From: Paraphysomonas bandaiensis
Lineage: Eukaryota; Protista; Chrysophyceae
DNA length: 64,000 bases
NCBI GenBank assembly: GCA_965644295.1
Contig: CBFFRP010000019.1
Span: 62,001 to 126,000, forward strand
Reading direction: 5' to 3'
The notes under the pieces were generated by a model, which had not been told where the DNA came from, made no database searches, and worked only from the letters and a program-made list of their open reading frames with translations. Positions 44,092 to 58,600 of the stretch are shown here, one piece after another. A program made the position numbers and the translations under genes. Position 1 is the stretch's first letter. Each line of letters starts with the position of its first letter.

Positions 44092-47000
44092 GGAAGGCAG
44101 GTACCTATAATGGCCGGTTTACTTTTTTTTTTTTTCGGAATTGGCCGATTTTTATGTGTTGAATCACATCAGAACAACCTTAAATCTTACTATAAACCAT
44201 CCTCACATACTTACACAAGAACTAAACTATATATAGTTATATCAGGTAGTGTAAACAGAAATCACTGCTCATGATGACGTTGTCTGATCTGATTTTCATG
44301 CAGAATTGATCGAATATGATGCGAGGACGTCCACAGCGACCCCGAATCACTCATACTCATACTGACAGTCGTATGGACGAAGTCACATTGCCCCCATTGG
44401 GAAAAAGAAATGTTTTGGTTGAGGTTAAGCATGCCAAGCAGTATGGTGTGCTTCCAGGAAATGTACCTCACAAGCGAGAGGTTAATTTGGTGTTAGAGTC
44501 TTTGCCGGATCTGCCGGAAGAGACGAGCAGCTTCCCCAGTATGAAGACTGAAAGGTCGATTCTCAACACAATCGCTAATATCCCTGAGGTAGACGTCAAA
44601 CGGGGCTACAAAGTATATACCGTTGAGGAGCGTAGGGCAGGACTTATTGCCAGGGTAATAGATGGCAAGAGCGCTGAATATGTTCTCACGGAGTACGGTG
44701 TCTCTATCCGCACCCAGGGGCGGGACATGAACGCCATCAGGGAGTTGTATGGACTCACCACGAAGGAGTTCAATGTGTTTCGGAACGATTCAACGAACCA
44801 TTCTGTGTTGCGGGAGGCCATCATGGAGCTGGATTACTCCCTGTCTGGTCCTAAAGCTTTGCTCTACTCCATTGCGGATCGGGATGTAATGGCTACGAAG
44901 ATGGACCTTCAAGATAAAGCTGGATATGGGTATGTACATGAAAGTGTATGATGTGTATGATGGCATACAGTGTACGATTTGTAATTGTTTGTGCAGATAT
45001 AGCAATGCCCAGATGCAAGCCCTAGCCAGGGAATATTGCCGCGCCCATGCCAGTGCTATACGCACTGCCAATGGAGGCGAGGACACCCCGGAGTCGGTAC
45101 GCCTTGATCATGCAAAATGCAGTAAAACCTTTATTCGAGACAACTTTCTCAAGTCGTGCACTTTTGACCTTGGTGAAAATTGTTTGCCCGCTTTGACGAA
45201 GAAATCTGACCTTTCCTACAAGCGGGCAGCAGCGGCCTGCCCGACACGGGCGAGTACTATGGCCCGTAAGTTCATACAGCATCTCAGGGAGTGTATAGAG
45301 AAAGGGATCTTCCCGTCTTATGGGCCAGACCTGGAGGATATCGAGAACTGGGACGAAATTGGCTTTGACCCTTGGGGGCACGCCTTCCCTACCTTCAAAC
45401 TCTTCCAGGAGCGGAGGGAAAGGCGATTCTCTGCAAGACACGGTGAGCATACATCCTTCTGGGTAACACTTCTGTATGGTATTCGCCCGGATGGGTCGAC
45501 AACAAGACCCATCATCATTCACCAGGGTGGTGATGGCGAGGCGATGAGGGGACATTTGCACCTCAACCTCGACCCCACGTTTCATGTGGATTCTACTCCG
45601 TCGGGATATGCTGACCGGAATACCTTTCGAATAGCTGTATCGGAGATGTCAGCGTCAGGCAGGGCTAAGTGGGTCTACATTGATGGACATAGCTCACACT
45701 TTGACCCCAACTCTATCCGGCACGCTATTTCTCATAAAGTGTATATCAATTTCCTCTGTGCTAACAACTCTGTTAATGACGCCCCCATCGATAACGGGCC
45801 CAATGCCAAGCTTAAAGCTGCCTATCGGAGGTGCTTTTCCTGGTGGAAGCACAGAAACCCAGGAGAGCCTATGATTGTTTTTCACTTCAACGAAATAATC
45901 AATCAGGCATGGAATGAGTTTACCTCTGACCCCACGCTACCTGGTTGCATCAAGCATGCCTTTGCTAAGACGTTGACTTGGCCTTTAGTTGATCCCTTGG
46001 AGGGAGAGGAGGTGGCCGAGGTTCATAGAGACAAGGTGACATCTAATAGTATTATCTCTGGTGTGTATGATGTGGATGAACGGGACATGGACCGTAAGGC
46101 ATCGGTGCTTTCGGCACCCAGACCAGTCGCTCTCATGGAGCCCAGCGAGGAGAACCCAAATATGAAGCGGGTTCGTTACCAGGAGGTCAAGCCTGGGGAT
46201 ATTAACTATTGCGTGCTTATTAGTAGTATTTCGGCACAGTTCTTCCAGTCTAGTTTTCTCGCTCCGGCACGTGAACAGGCCCAAGCGAGGGCAGAGGAGG
46301 CCCGATACAAGAAAGCCTCAATTCCCCGCGGTGCGTTAAGTGTATTGGACGTTGCCCTAGAGAATGAGGTGAGGGGTCAGGATGCAGAAAGGGAGGGGGG
46401 AGGGGTGGACGAGAGGGGTGGTATGCCCAACACCACTACGGGGCACTGTGCAGTGCTGTCAACGGCCGAGCGTATTGAGGCCTACATGGCTCGGAGGGAG
46501 GAAGAGCGACAGGCTAAAGAGCGCCGTAAGGACGAAAAGGAGCGCCGCCAGATGGAAGAATATCACCGACATGTTGAGACCGTGGATGCCCTTCTACTCC
46601 GTGTGCGCGACCAGCAATATGACTGGCGCACGGCCAATAATGATGCTCTGAGGGCAGCACTAAATGTCCTTCCTAAGGCAACGACTCCTATTGATCCTGA
46701 GCTAAAGGTTGGCACGAAGGCCTACCTCATAGCCAAGCTCGAAGGTCCGATGTCTGACAAGTTGAGACAGCTGCACGGGGGAGTGGAGAGGGAGAGAGAG
46801 GAGGTTTATGTATCGGAATCAGACCGAGAGCCTATCGATGCGGCGTAGGTTACTTGCTATTTAATCGCGTACTTGCGAGTCTCTTATTTTGTTTTGACCC
46901 CACTTGGTCCTTTATTTTCTTTGACCTTCTGGTCGGTCCTTTATTTTCTTTGGATGTTTCGCATGATAAAGTGCATACAATTGTAATCACTTCAGCTCAT

Positions 47001-48498
47001 GCAAAGTCAACGCATACATACCACAAACCAGCAGTACATATTCGTATCTACTTTAACTCTGTCGTATGTATGATTTTACGTAGCATCGTTTTTGTTTTGG
47101 ATTTTTAATATTTTTTTCTCCAGTGTGAAATTTAATTACGAGGTGAATGAAAGTAATAAAGTTCAACACTGATGGCTACATACTTCTTCTTGTTGACCAA
47201 ACTAAGCCACCCTCAACTACATAGTCAATATCCGATTTTAAGTAAATCTCAATGGGTGTAACATAATATAAATTAAGTAGTAGAAATAATATATATTAGT
47301 GAATATACAAGAGAACAAAAACAATTCAAAATAATAATTTAGTTAATCTAGCACTTGTAGTGCTCCTGTACTACTCGACATCAATGACATATATTTGGAA
47401 AGCAAGATTTAGTACTATGAATCGTATGAATACTGAGGTGGCCAGGTTCCCTCTGCCCTTTATCCAGTGCAAGCTATTGCTGAGCTCCCGCTGTTCCTCT
47501 AGAGGGGTACCTTATGTCCCATGGATCAATAGTCGACCCACTATGAGTCTGGGTGTTCAACCATTGAAAAGTTTAGGACAGCAATCAGTCATGACGGGGG
47601 AAGCGCCAGTTGGTTTGACCACATCCACAGTTCCAATAACATTCGGCCAAGGATCACTGGTGGGCTGCGTCAACATGGATCCCTCTACGTTCCACTGCGT
47701 GCAGAGCCCCGTGCAATGAATTTCACTGTCTACATGTGCTGTTCCACATGCCTCACCCTGACCCCTGTAGAATAGTGAACTTTCAATCCGGGCGTCACCC
47801 TGAGCCCTAAATAGCTCCAGAGTCCTCCCCCTTTCCTCCTCAATTCACCAGAGCCTCCATTTCGCTCCAGAGGAGCAGCATTAGAGTCATCGTCTGGCTA
47901 ATCTAAACACACGCTTATTTCAGAAATTTGATGCACAATGCCGCAGAGGAGAGCATATACTCAAATTAGTGTGCTGATAGAATTGCGCATATAATGAGCA
48001 ATAGTTGAGTGTATATCTACAGGTCAGTTGAGGTCATTCGCAGGTGTGGTGGGCCGGCGTATCGAAATCGACCCCTTTCCCCAACCAGAACTTATCACCA
48101 TAAATACTGCGAATCAGTTGAAAGTAAGAGCACCATCGTGTCAAGCACTATGAATTTAGTCTACCTGTATCGCCACATGGCCGCTATGAGCAATGACCAT
48201 CTCCAAATACTCCAATTTAATTAAAGTGACTGTGATTTGCAGTCATCTGAGAGGGAAAAAACGGCCATTTTGAAAAACCAAAAACTGAAATGAGGTCAAA
48301 AATCTCTTAAGGCGCTCACTTTGAGGATGAATATCAAAAGATTCAGATTATGAGTGCAGTTCGTCACTTAGAATGAAATATGGGTAAAATCATTACGTTT
48401 CCAATGATGCTTTCACTGCAATCAGACATGCATTGAGTGTTATTTTAAGTGCATCTGAAAAGTGCAAAAAAAACGGCCATAATAGATACCTGCCTTCC
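44092..48498 (+). mobile_element. Full-length pogo/Fot1-like (Tc1/mariner superfamily) DNA transposon, 4407 bp
   Basis: TIRs GGAAGGCAGGTAcCTATaATGGCCG and CGGCCATaATAGaTACCTGCCTTCC (2 mismatches in 25 bp). TA TSD at 44090-44091 and 48499-48500. Inner repeats of the TGGCCG/CGGCCA motif near 44142 and 48262. Encloses a transposase gene. Confidence 0.92.
44316..46848 (+). CDS. DDE_1-family (pogo/Fot1, DD35D) transposase with one intron
   Basis: Exons 44316-44929 and 44997-46848; a 67-nt GT-AG intron joins GYG-YSNAQ in frame. HTH-like N-terminal region. Catalytic ENWDEIGF, YIDGHSSH and APIDNG, with 35 residues between the 2nd and 3rd D. Confidence 0.88.
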
Positions 48499-48821
48499 TA
48501 CACAGGGATGTATAGATCTGACAATTCGTTACTTTGTACTGTTGTACTAGTACGTACTGCTGTATGTACAGCAGTACACTTGTACCTTTATAAATCAAAA
48601 CTCGTCATTTCTTCACAAAAAACTGGCGTATTTTTGGATAGGATACACCACTCTATGCAGCAGTACATGTACCTCTATATGGGTATCATGTACCTCAATA
48701 TATACTGCCGTGTATGCATATATAAGCACCACCATGTAAGTAATTCCCTCTCCTGAGATCCATTAACCATATCAATCCCATCATTCCCCCTTCTATTTCA
48801 CCTCATCTACATAACAATGAT

Positions 48822-50472
48822 ATGGATATTACTGAATCAATAATAATAGAAGAAGAAGAGATGTCCTTATTACCATCTACCATAACATCTCATCCAGATG
48901 AAGAGGAGAGTAAGATGATTGGGAATAATGTATTAGATCAATGTATTGATAGTACAAAGAAATCAAATATATATGTTATATCACTTGCAATGGGAAATGC
49001 TGCAGATGCTGTAGAGATTATATGTGTAGGTTATATCATGAGTGAGATGGATGGTATAACCACTAGAGATAAAGGTAGATATATATACTGAGAGAGATAC
49101 TCTTATATATACACTGTTACTGTTATTCTTATATATTTCGTGTATAGAATTATTGAGTGCTGCTGTTTTTATTGGAATGCTACTTGGTGGATTATTGTGT
49201 GGTGTACTCAGTGATCGAATTGGACGCAAGCCTTGTCTTCAATACTCTTTAATTCTAAACGCTGTTGCTGGCCTGGCCTCAGCTGCGGCCCCTGACATAA
49301 ATTGGCTGATAGTGTTTCGCGTAATAGGAGGGATAGGTATCGGAGGCTCTGTCCCCTCTGTGTTCACGCTCGGTGCAGAAGTATTTCCATCTCGTGTACG
49401 GGGCCGCATGCTCTCCGTAATTGCGTCGTACGTTAGACTTTTTTGCATCTCTCCATCCTTATTTTTGTTTCCCAGATTCTGGATGGTAGGGGCAATATAT
49501 ACGGGACTGGCGGGTTGGTTGATGTTAGGAAAAGACTTCTCAGGAGACAGGATTATCCCTGGGATCAGTTGGAGATGGTTTGCAGTAGTTTGCGCCGTCC
49601 CTGCTATTTTGGCGCTTATTCTGACCACCTTAGTATTGCCCGAGTCTCCTCGGTACTTAGTTGGCAAGGGAAAGTTTAAAGAAGCGGTATGTGCTCTAAT
49701 TCTTACGTTTTTTTCAAGGTTAAATGTTTCGCAGGCTGCTGTACTGTCGGATATGTCTGGCATGGCGGTTTTTGCGCACAACCTAGAGCAAGCTGACAGT
49801 TATTCTCATTCCCACAGCGTGGATAAGCGGTCAATAAGTACTAGTAGCAACACATCCCTCCCTGATCTTAAAGAGCTAACTGTGGTTCATCTTTTTCGAC
49901 CTGAACTTATTCGCACCACATTAAATATCATGCTCATATGGTTTACGCTAAGCTTTGGGTCATACGGGCTCAGCACATGGATCACTGTGTTATTTGAGGA
50001 CATCGGAATGGGCAATGTGTATGCAAGTGCATTCATATTTGCTCTTGCCAACTTGCCCGGAAACATGGTATCCATCATGTACATGGACCGCATAGGACGT
50101 CGTCGGTTGCTTACAGGCGGCATGGTATTGGCAGCCATCAGTGCAATTGGATTCGCAGAGGGAGCCTCACACCCCTCCGTAGTTATCCTCTGCGCGACAT
50201 TATTCAACGCTTTCAGTGTAGCTGGTTGGAATGCTCTTGACTGCCTCTCTGTAGAAAACTTCCCAACAGAAGTGAGAACAACTGCCATGGGTGTATTAGC
50301 GGCCTCTGGAAGGATCGGAGCGGTTTGTGCCCAGTTTGTAAATGGAACGCTTGAGAAAAATGTACCACTGCTTTTATTTGTGACAAGCGGGTGCATGTTC
50401 CTTGGCGGGTTTGCGGCGAGATTTACTCCAAGAGATGAGACAGGAAAAGCCTTGGCCGACCATACCATGTAA
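48822..50472 (+). CDS. MFS transporter, SV2/SVOP-like
   Basis: Exon 1 is 48822-49074 (GNAADAVEI). Predicted introns 49075-49147, 49428-49475 and 49687-49734. Motifs LSDRIGRK, E.FPSR.RG, LPESPRYL, MDRIGRR and ENFPTEVRTTAMG. Confidence 0.93.
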
Positions 50473-52641
50473 ATAATGAAACAATGGTTGCTCTTATATC
50501 TATTTCAACAGGCCAATATGTACCATCCTACAGTTACTGGAAGTTGTTATCTGTCAGTATTGTCATTCGAAACTCTTGCCTGTTAAAAGATTACTCATTT
50601 TAACCTTAACATAATAATCCTTCTACTATATATGTGTTTCTGTCGTCTTAGATAATTCTCAATTACAAAGTTTCATGTTGATAACTTGCCAAACTACAGA
50701 AACATGCGTGTTATTAGGATTCATCTTAATATAAGATAGTATATGTGAAATATAATGTTCAATGAAATATATCATGAACTGAATTAATGATTGTATCTGT
50801 TGAAGATACTTGATCGTCATTGTCAGTTATACTTCTAACACTTCCCTCTTCCGTTGTGTGTGATAGTTTGTTCTGCATTATTATTCACTTTTCTACAATA
50901 CTGTGTTCATCACATTACATTCTAAATTCACAACATTCTTCGTACTATTACTAAAAGCTTAAATCTGCATTCGTGTAACATGTAGCATACTTATTAAAAA
51001 GAAAAAGTATGCAGTCAAAAATGTGATATCAGTGAAACCTAACCCTAACCCTAACCGTAACCGTAAAGTTGTGAAAGAAGTAATAATGTTATACTAAGAG
51101 TAGATAGTTCCAGAGTCCTTAGAAAGATATTAAAATGTCTTTTTTATGGATATGAATAGGTTGGAAGCAGGGCTGCGTGACAATTAATGGTTGTTCAGTC
51201 CTTGTTAGACGAAGTATCAGAATTAGACATTTTCAGGTTGGTTCAAGAAAATATCTGAGCAAAGAAGTGAATAAAAATTTAGCAAACTAGTGCCTAACTC
51301 TAATATCCTACTATTTGGCGCCACGAAAGCAGCTTGTGCGTCACCAAGCACCAAGGTACAACCACTTTTGCTCTCTGTTCTTAAGGTGAACTAGCCCGGA
51401 TATACTTGACTTCAGTAGAGAGCCTAATACCCGGATGCATGTTTCATTGTCAAGAAGGCCTAAATATATCGTTTACACAAGTGACACGTATATTAGTGTC
51501 CCTTGTACCACACAAGCATTTGGCTATAAGTGGGAGATAGCATATAATATATGTATACACATGATGGCTTAAACCCCAGCGACGTAACAAACTTGTTGAT
51601 GATTTTTCACCACTGGATCTAGGTGAGCCTTGACGACTACATAATATGGAAACAATGTTCTGTTGGAAGTTTAAAATTAGGATGTGGGTTGCCCTGAATG
51701 TCACCGTAGCACAAAGCACTCTACTAGTCACATCAAGTTGAAGGACAAACATGTTTAAATAAATGCTAATGCTAGAATCAAGTGTACAATGATGCTCTTA
51801 ATCACAGGATCACAGGAGCAAACGTATTTTCTACATTGACAAAATCATGGCGTGGAGTTACATACGGGAAGTATCATAAGTGTTGTCGTTTGAGAGATAA
51901 TTCGTTTCATGATCGTAAGAGTTTTGAGTACCTGGAAGTCTTAGATGCCTGGCTCGTCAGGTGGTGTCCATACTCTCGCCCTTTCTCGTCAGAAAAGCCC
52001 TCTTTGTTGAGTTATGCAGTATGATGCAATATGCGATACATGTTGTGCAATTGATGTGAGTTAATAATGTGTGAAATAGTTGAAATCAACTCATAGGTGC
52101 AACGGGTGAATATATTTACTGATGTGTGACTATATGTAAGACATAGGAATTATTGGTGAACATATGATAAACAGATGTTGCTCAGAACAGATGCTCGCCA
52201 GATTTTACATGAATAAATATGTTGTGAAGTGTTGAGATTAATACTTGTAATTCTTACTTTAAAGTGCATTGTGTGCAACAAAGCAAGGTAACTTCAGTGA
52301 AATGTCCAATGCAAATACTCTTCTTTCCACCCAGTGTTCTATATCTTACATGTCCTCCTCTGCACTCTACACACACGATTGTTCAGTTTTAATGTAAGTC
52401 TTTAAAATGTGCTCGAGTATGAATATGAATAAGATTATTCTAAGCATAGCAATGGCTTAGGATAGGTTACTTAAATTTGTTACTGGCTAATAAAACGCAC
52501 CATCGATATCTATCCTCCACAGATTAAAGTGAGTCATATGACACACCAAGGAGACAAACTAGTAATTCATTCTTAAAAATTACTACTATCTTCGTTCGAC
52601 TTCTAGAAATAAGGGCTATGATAAATTTATCCAAAAAAAAT

Positions 52642-55600
52642 CTAAATATCTTCATAGATAACCGCTCCGACTCGGGAATTTTTCTTTCGTTTAAGTCCCT
52701 TAGCAGCAGCAAATTTCTCAGCTTTCCGTTTTCTCGACTCTTTTTTCTTTTCAGACTTCTCCACCTATGAAAACAATGAATCAATTACTCTTATGCATTA
52801 TGTCATCGAGTATGTACCTTTCTTTGTGCATATGATTTCGGGTCAGAAATTGCCTCGGCGGCAAGTCGCCTCTTCTTTTCTGCTTTACTGCTCTCTATTG
52901 CTCTTTGGACTTCTCCGTAAACACCAATATACAACGATGATCCAACGACAGCCTCAATGTCGTCCAAAAACGCTACACACGTTTCCAGAAGCTCCTTGTT
53001 TTCGTCATTGGATTCAGATCTATCTCGTTTAGAAATGCGTGATCTCAATGCCACTTCAATAAACTGATACAAATACATCTTCACGAATTCAACGCTCTCA
53101 GCCTTGATGAGTCGGGAGAATACTTTGATTACGTTAGCCCTCCTGCTTCCCCGCGAGTCAGCACCTATCGCACGCAAACGATGCATAACCCAATTAGAGC
53201 CCCCTACACTACTGCGACTGGACACTGATAGCGCACCATCTTTTTTCTCATCTGATGCCTCGTCGCTATTGTCAGATTCATCACCAGATTCATCCGCACC
53301 ACTGCTCAAGTTAGTATCTGGATGATGGTGCATTGCCCTGACACCAAACACCAAGCAGTCAATTAACGCTGGTAATAAGGTGGGAGCTATTACAGGCTGA
53401 TTGATGGCAACACAGAGGCGTCTCGCCATATTGTACAAGCCATTAGGTTTCATAAGTAGTTCAGAAGATGTGTTGACACAACCCATTTGTGCAGCAGTGG
53501 GGTCCCGACGTTGTAAGTATAGTGCCAGTGTACGACATGCCGCTGCCCTTACCCATGCGTGCGGGTAAAGCATCGACTCCTGTACGATCTCCATCAGGGG
53601 TGGTAGCTCTTCAGCTGTTCCGCCACTATCATCATCGCGGACAATTGTTTTATCCACCACGGCAGGGAGGTGGGTGAACACCCTTTCTAACAGCACAAGC
53701 AGGTGATACAACATTGCCCAAGTTTCTCCCCCACCACTCTCGCCATCACCCTCAGCGTCCTTTGACATCTCCCGTTTTTCAAGCGATTGGCGACGGGATT
53801 GGCCAAAGCTGCCATCAGCTTTTAGAATATAGAAGACAGTTTCTCGAATCATCAGAAGAGTGTCTGGAATAATCGTGCCTCGCTTGAACAAGTCAGCGCG
53901 CGCAAGCACGATGAGCCCCATTGCCTGTGCCCCAGTTCGCATCAAAGAACGGTTCATCGACTTCGCATTGGGTTTAGATTTTACTCCCAGCCACTGCATT
54001 GAGAAAGTCAAACAATTCGATACAGTATCCGCGCTTGCTCGGCGACATAGCGAAACGATAACATCTCCTGCACGTGCCCGACACTTTGGAGACTGGTCAT
54101 TAACCAACTGTAGAGCCATAGGCATAAAAATCAATTGTGAGTATTCATCCACAACAGGTACAGGGAGGAGACGGCATAGATCAATTAACAAACTCAGCGC
54201 AGAGACCCTTCCTTCTTCATACTCATAACTACAGTTCTGAACAAATTGTCTCATGTGAGCATCCAATCGCTTCTTACCGAGAGGGTAAGAGATCAAGAAT
54301 GACACCACGATATTAGAAGCCGTTTCTCGAACCCCTTTCCTATGGGAGAGCACTATTTGCTCCACTAATCTTGTTATAAGATCATAAATCTCGGGAACTA
54401 CAACTTTAGCATCAACGATCATTCTAATTAGTTGAAAAGCAGAATTTTGATACTCTGATGTCACTTCAAGAATGGACGATGTCAGCAGCGATAGCAATGC
54501 CCGAATATTCTGCTCGTCCAGAGGTAGTTTCGCCTTCTTCTTTGGTGTCATTGAAGCCGTAAATCCATTCTCCTCAGTTTCATCATCCTTTTCGTCCACA
54601 GTTTCAGAAGATTCAGTACGTGAGTTGTACAGCTGGAATAAGGAGACCATACCCTTGATGCATGTCTGCACAAGATCACTATCACTTGAAAGTACGGCGC
54701 CCCCTTTGTACATCATGCCAAGCATACGCTTTCCAACAGATCTGGAATAAGATATATCCACCGGAAGTCCCCAGTTCAAAAGAGCGCAGATACAACGCAT
54801 GGCAAGAACAACTACAGTTGAGTTACCTGCCACACGTAGACATTGGCCCAGCAACGGTAAGAAAGGGGAAGCCATGGACCGGATCTGTTCGTTCTTGCTG
54901 TCCAAGCGGTTTTGCTTGAGACAAGATAACAAAAGACTTAGACAGAACTTCACTGCCGAGTTGAAGGCCGGATCATCACCTACACTCTTTTCCTTTGTCT
55001 GCTTTGTTTCAGCCTTGTATTTATTTCGACCAGTTAACCTCGGTGCAAGAGCACCGTCCTGAATCTCGGTTAACATACGTTGCTCCTCCTGCCTTTTTTG
55101 TATTGCTTCTCGTTGACCTTTTACACTGTCGAAAGGAAGCCAAGTGTTTGCCTTGACACCCGACACAGAGTCCTTCTTTAGTCTTTTGGAGTACAGTGGC
55201 GCTTCGTCTTCATCAGAAGACTCATCTCGCAAGTACGAGGGTATATTTCCAGTTAATTCGTCGTCTGAGCTCTCTTCCGCAGCGTGCACTTTTCCTAACA
55301 CAGATTTCCGTTTCCTTTTCTCCGACACAATTTTAGATACAAACGGGTTCAGAGTCGCATGCAAGTATAAGAGGAGCTCGGATGCGTCGACCGAAGGGTT
55401 TCGTGCGAGACCGATAGCCACACGCTGCAGTGCCTCGGAGCATCTCCCAAATGCTCCTGAGCTTTCAGTTGTTCGAAGAGACTCAAGTAATGGGGTCACG
55501 AGGGCATGTATAGAAGACACAGCAGCGGGGTCATCCATGGAACACAAGGCATAGGATGGGCGGAATAAAATACACTCACCGCACATCTCCAGCACTTCAT

Positions 55601-58600
55601 TAGCTTTATTTCCTTTAGCCTCTCTTATCAAAGTTCTAACAGCCCCATCGGTGTGTCTGTCTTCGTGAGTAATGCCATCTATGTCATCCATGCAAAATCC
55701 AACAAGAACAGGAATGCACTTGTCGAAAGCAGGTAGAATGAGTTCCTCCTTCTTGAAGGCAGCAACAGCGTCCATATCTAAAATTGGAACACTCGTGGCA
55801 TTTACTGGGGGCTTGTAATCTTTAAGTATGACAGACATCATTGATCTCACCGTGTAATTTCTCACGTGACGCTGATACCCATCACCAAGCATGTGGTGTA
55901 ACTCATTGAGGACAAGGGAAAAACTTTCGATGCCCATCGTAGATACCATTTGAGAGAGACTATCCCGTGCCATGTCTCGAGCGGCCGAATCACGGCTCTT
56001 AAGAGTATTAACGATATTGATCACCAAATTCGTGAACATATTAGCCTTCTTGTCTTCTGTCACTGCCGGTGGATGTAGTCTATTCAACAGTTTCGTGAGA
56101 GCTACAGCGACAAGAGTACGAACAGATTGCGTTTTATTTCCTGAATGATCTTTCCCTTCCTTAATCAAAAATGCTTTTACCCATGGAATTATAGATTTCA
56201 TCACAATAGAGTGAATATTCCTCGATCCTGGTTGAGGTGATTGTTCTTCTATCAGATTACAAGTATCATCTTCGTTCCCTTTCTCCTCCTTATCATCAAA
56301 TGACTCTAAATTGTCAACAGATTTCCCACTTTCACCGGGTACGTCATCCGCACAGCCACTTCCTGAAAAGTGGAACGAGTCCAGCACCGCACAAAGAGCG
56401 ACAAGAAGGACTTTCTCTTTGTCCAGTCTGTCGTGACCGAGACACTTCAAAAGGTGTTTTATCAAACCATAGTATTGAGTCCAGCGTAGGTGTCGCGCAA
56501 TTTCCCCTACAAGTGAAGCAGATTCCTGGAGTAGTGGCATGTGGTCTTTTTTACTGAAATCCTCAGATATTAGCGGGTGCATAGCAAGGGGAAGCAATAC
56601 ATGCACCAAAGACGAAGCACCAAACGGGATTTCGGTTTCTGAATATCCCGCGAGCTGATTTCTTAGTTTTAACATGATTCGTGTTCGTCGATGGAGCTGA
56701 ATATGGCATATATTCTCAAAAAAATCTTGCTCTGGATCATCATTACCAATTAAGTTAAGATCGCTGTGAAACATGGCCACATCTTCAATGCGTGAACAGT
56801 GCACTCCTATGTTCTTAATGATATGACTCAGAAGGTGCACATAACCTTTCTTGCAAGTGTCTGATGTATGCTTCAAGCCACGCCGCAGGCCAGGAATAAC
56901 TATGACTTTCACAATATCCATACGTGCCGGAAGAGGAGAATTCACAGTATCGCAGGGGCAGATGCCACTCCACTTAGCCGCAGAGCTCATAAGCATCTTC
57001 AGTGCAGCAAGAGCAGCACTACGAATGACTAACTCTGAATCCGACATACAACGTAGGCACTCGAATATAATGGCACAGCAGAGTGACATATCCTTCGTGG
57101 ACTGGCAGTGGCTAGGCCCCAGCAGCGCTTCCCAACTACAGTCAAACCCAGCCGTAGATACCGCCTCTCCACTGAGTGACTGAAAAACAGGCATACATTC
57201 ACTAAAGTTTCGACTATCAATAAGTTTCGTGTCAAAAGCAGTGAGCTTTGACAAAGCACGATATGACGGACGTAGTAGCCCATCCGTGGACTCGTGTTCA
57301 GCGAGCTCTCCATACACCTGCCAAAGATAAAATATTTAATATAGTCGACAACAAAAACATTAACTCACCAGCACTAGCTCGGATCGAACTACATTAACAT
57401 TGAATAGCGAAAAGGAGTGAGAAGCTGGACCAAAAAGACGCGATATGAACGGCACATGCGCCTTCACGTCATCAACTCTCCAGAGCAACGACTTGTATAT
57501 TCTGAGAATATTAAGAACCCAGTCCTCCTCCACCCGAACTTTTTTACTTGTGGTATATGTACGCAGCATTCCTAGAAGGAGGGTTGCAAGGTTACTAACA
57601 CTCTTGTTACTGACACGGACATCTTTCCGACTGAAAAAGTTGGTGGCGATAGAGGAAAGAAGTTTGAGTTCTTCTTTCACTGACCCAGAAGGATTTATGT
57701 TAAGTTCAGATAGCTTTACATCCGACAATTCAGCATTAAACTCCGGTCCCATAAATCGCTTCGAAAAGCACTCAATTATAAGCTGAAGAACAATATAACC
57801 AATAATAGGTAAAAAGAATAAAAAATAAATACCTCCGAGTGATGCAATATGACACTGCCGCCACGGTGTTCCAACAAGGAAGAAAGAGTGTTCATAACCA
57901 CACCCACGATAGGTCCCGAACATCTGTGAGCAGCAATGCATTGAATAATCACCTTTACGATATCATCCCGAGAAGCAACAATGTCTATAGTGCTCTCAAA
58001 CTGAACCAACGAATAAAGCAGGCGTAGCATCGCGGGCGCTTTAGAGTTGCTGTTCATACTACCGCTAATTGAACCCGGAAGCGCAACAAGAAGAGATTCT
58101 AGTCCATGCCATACATTGCTTATAATAGCTGTGAAGTCCACATCACTCTCATATCGTTCAACCAGTTCAGCAAGACGACGCAGACACATGGCTCGAACCT
58201 TTGAGGATTGCACTCGATTCACTGCAGCGGCGTTATCATGCACCGATATCACTTCTACGGTATCAGGGGCAAATGAAGAATCGCTCTCATCCTCGGATTC
58301 GTCTTCAGTGTCCATTATCTGTGCCTTGGAATCATCACCAGCGCATTTGTGAGATGAGTTGAGAAATAGCACCACCAGTCGATTAAGTATATGAACGTAT
58401 GGTGACAGTCCGTGGCCTAACAATTTGACGGCTTGTTCAAGCAGATAGAGAAAACCGATTTGCCTTTCCCAAGGTATCTCTAATACATCATCAACCTGCA
58501 TATCAGAGAGCACCAGATCAACAACATCCGCATGCCATGCAGCCATCACAGACACATCGTTTTGAAAACTATCCATTCGATCTGTCACACCGCTCTGCGC

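Noticed and set aside
51036-51066. (CCCTAA)-like telomeric repeats, also TTAGGGTTAGGG at 3745-3759
   Set aside because: Only 2-5 degenerate units in interstitial positions; too short to call telomeric or functional.
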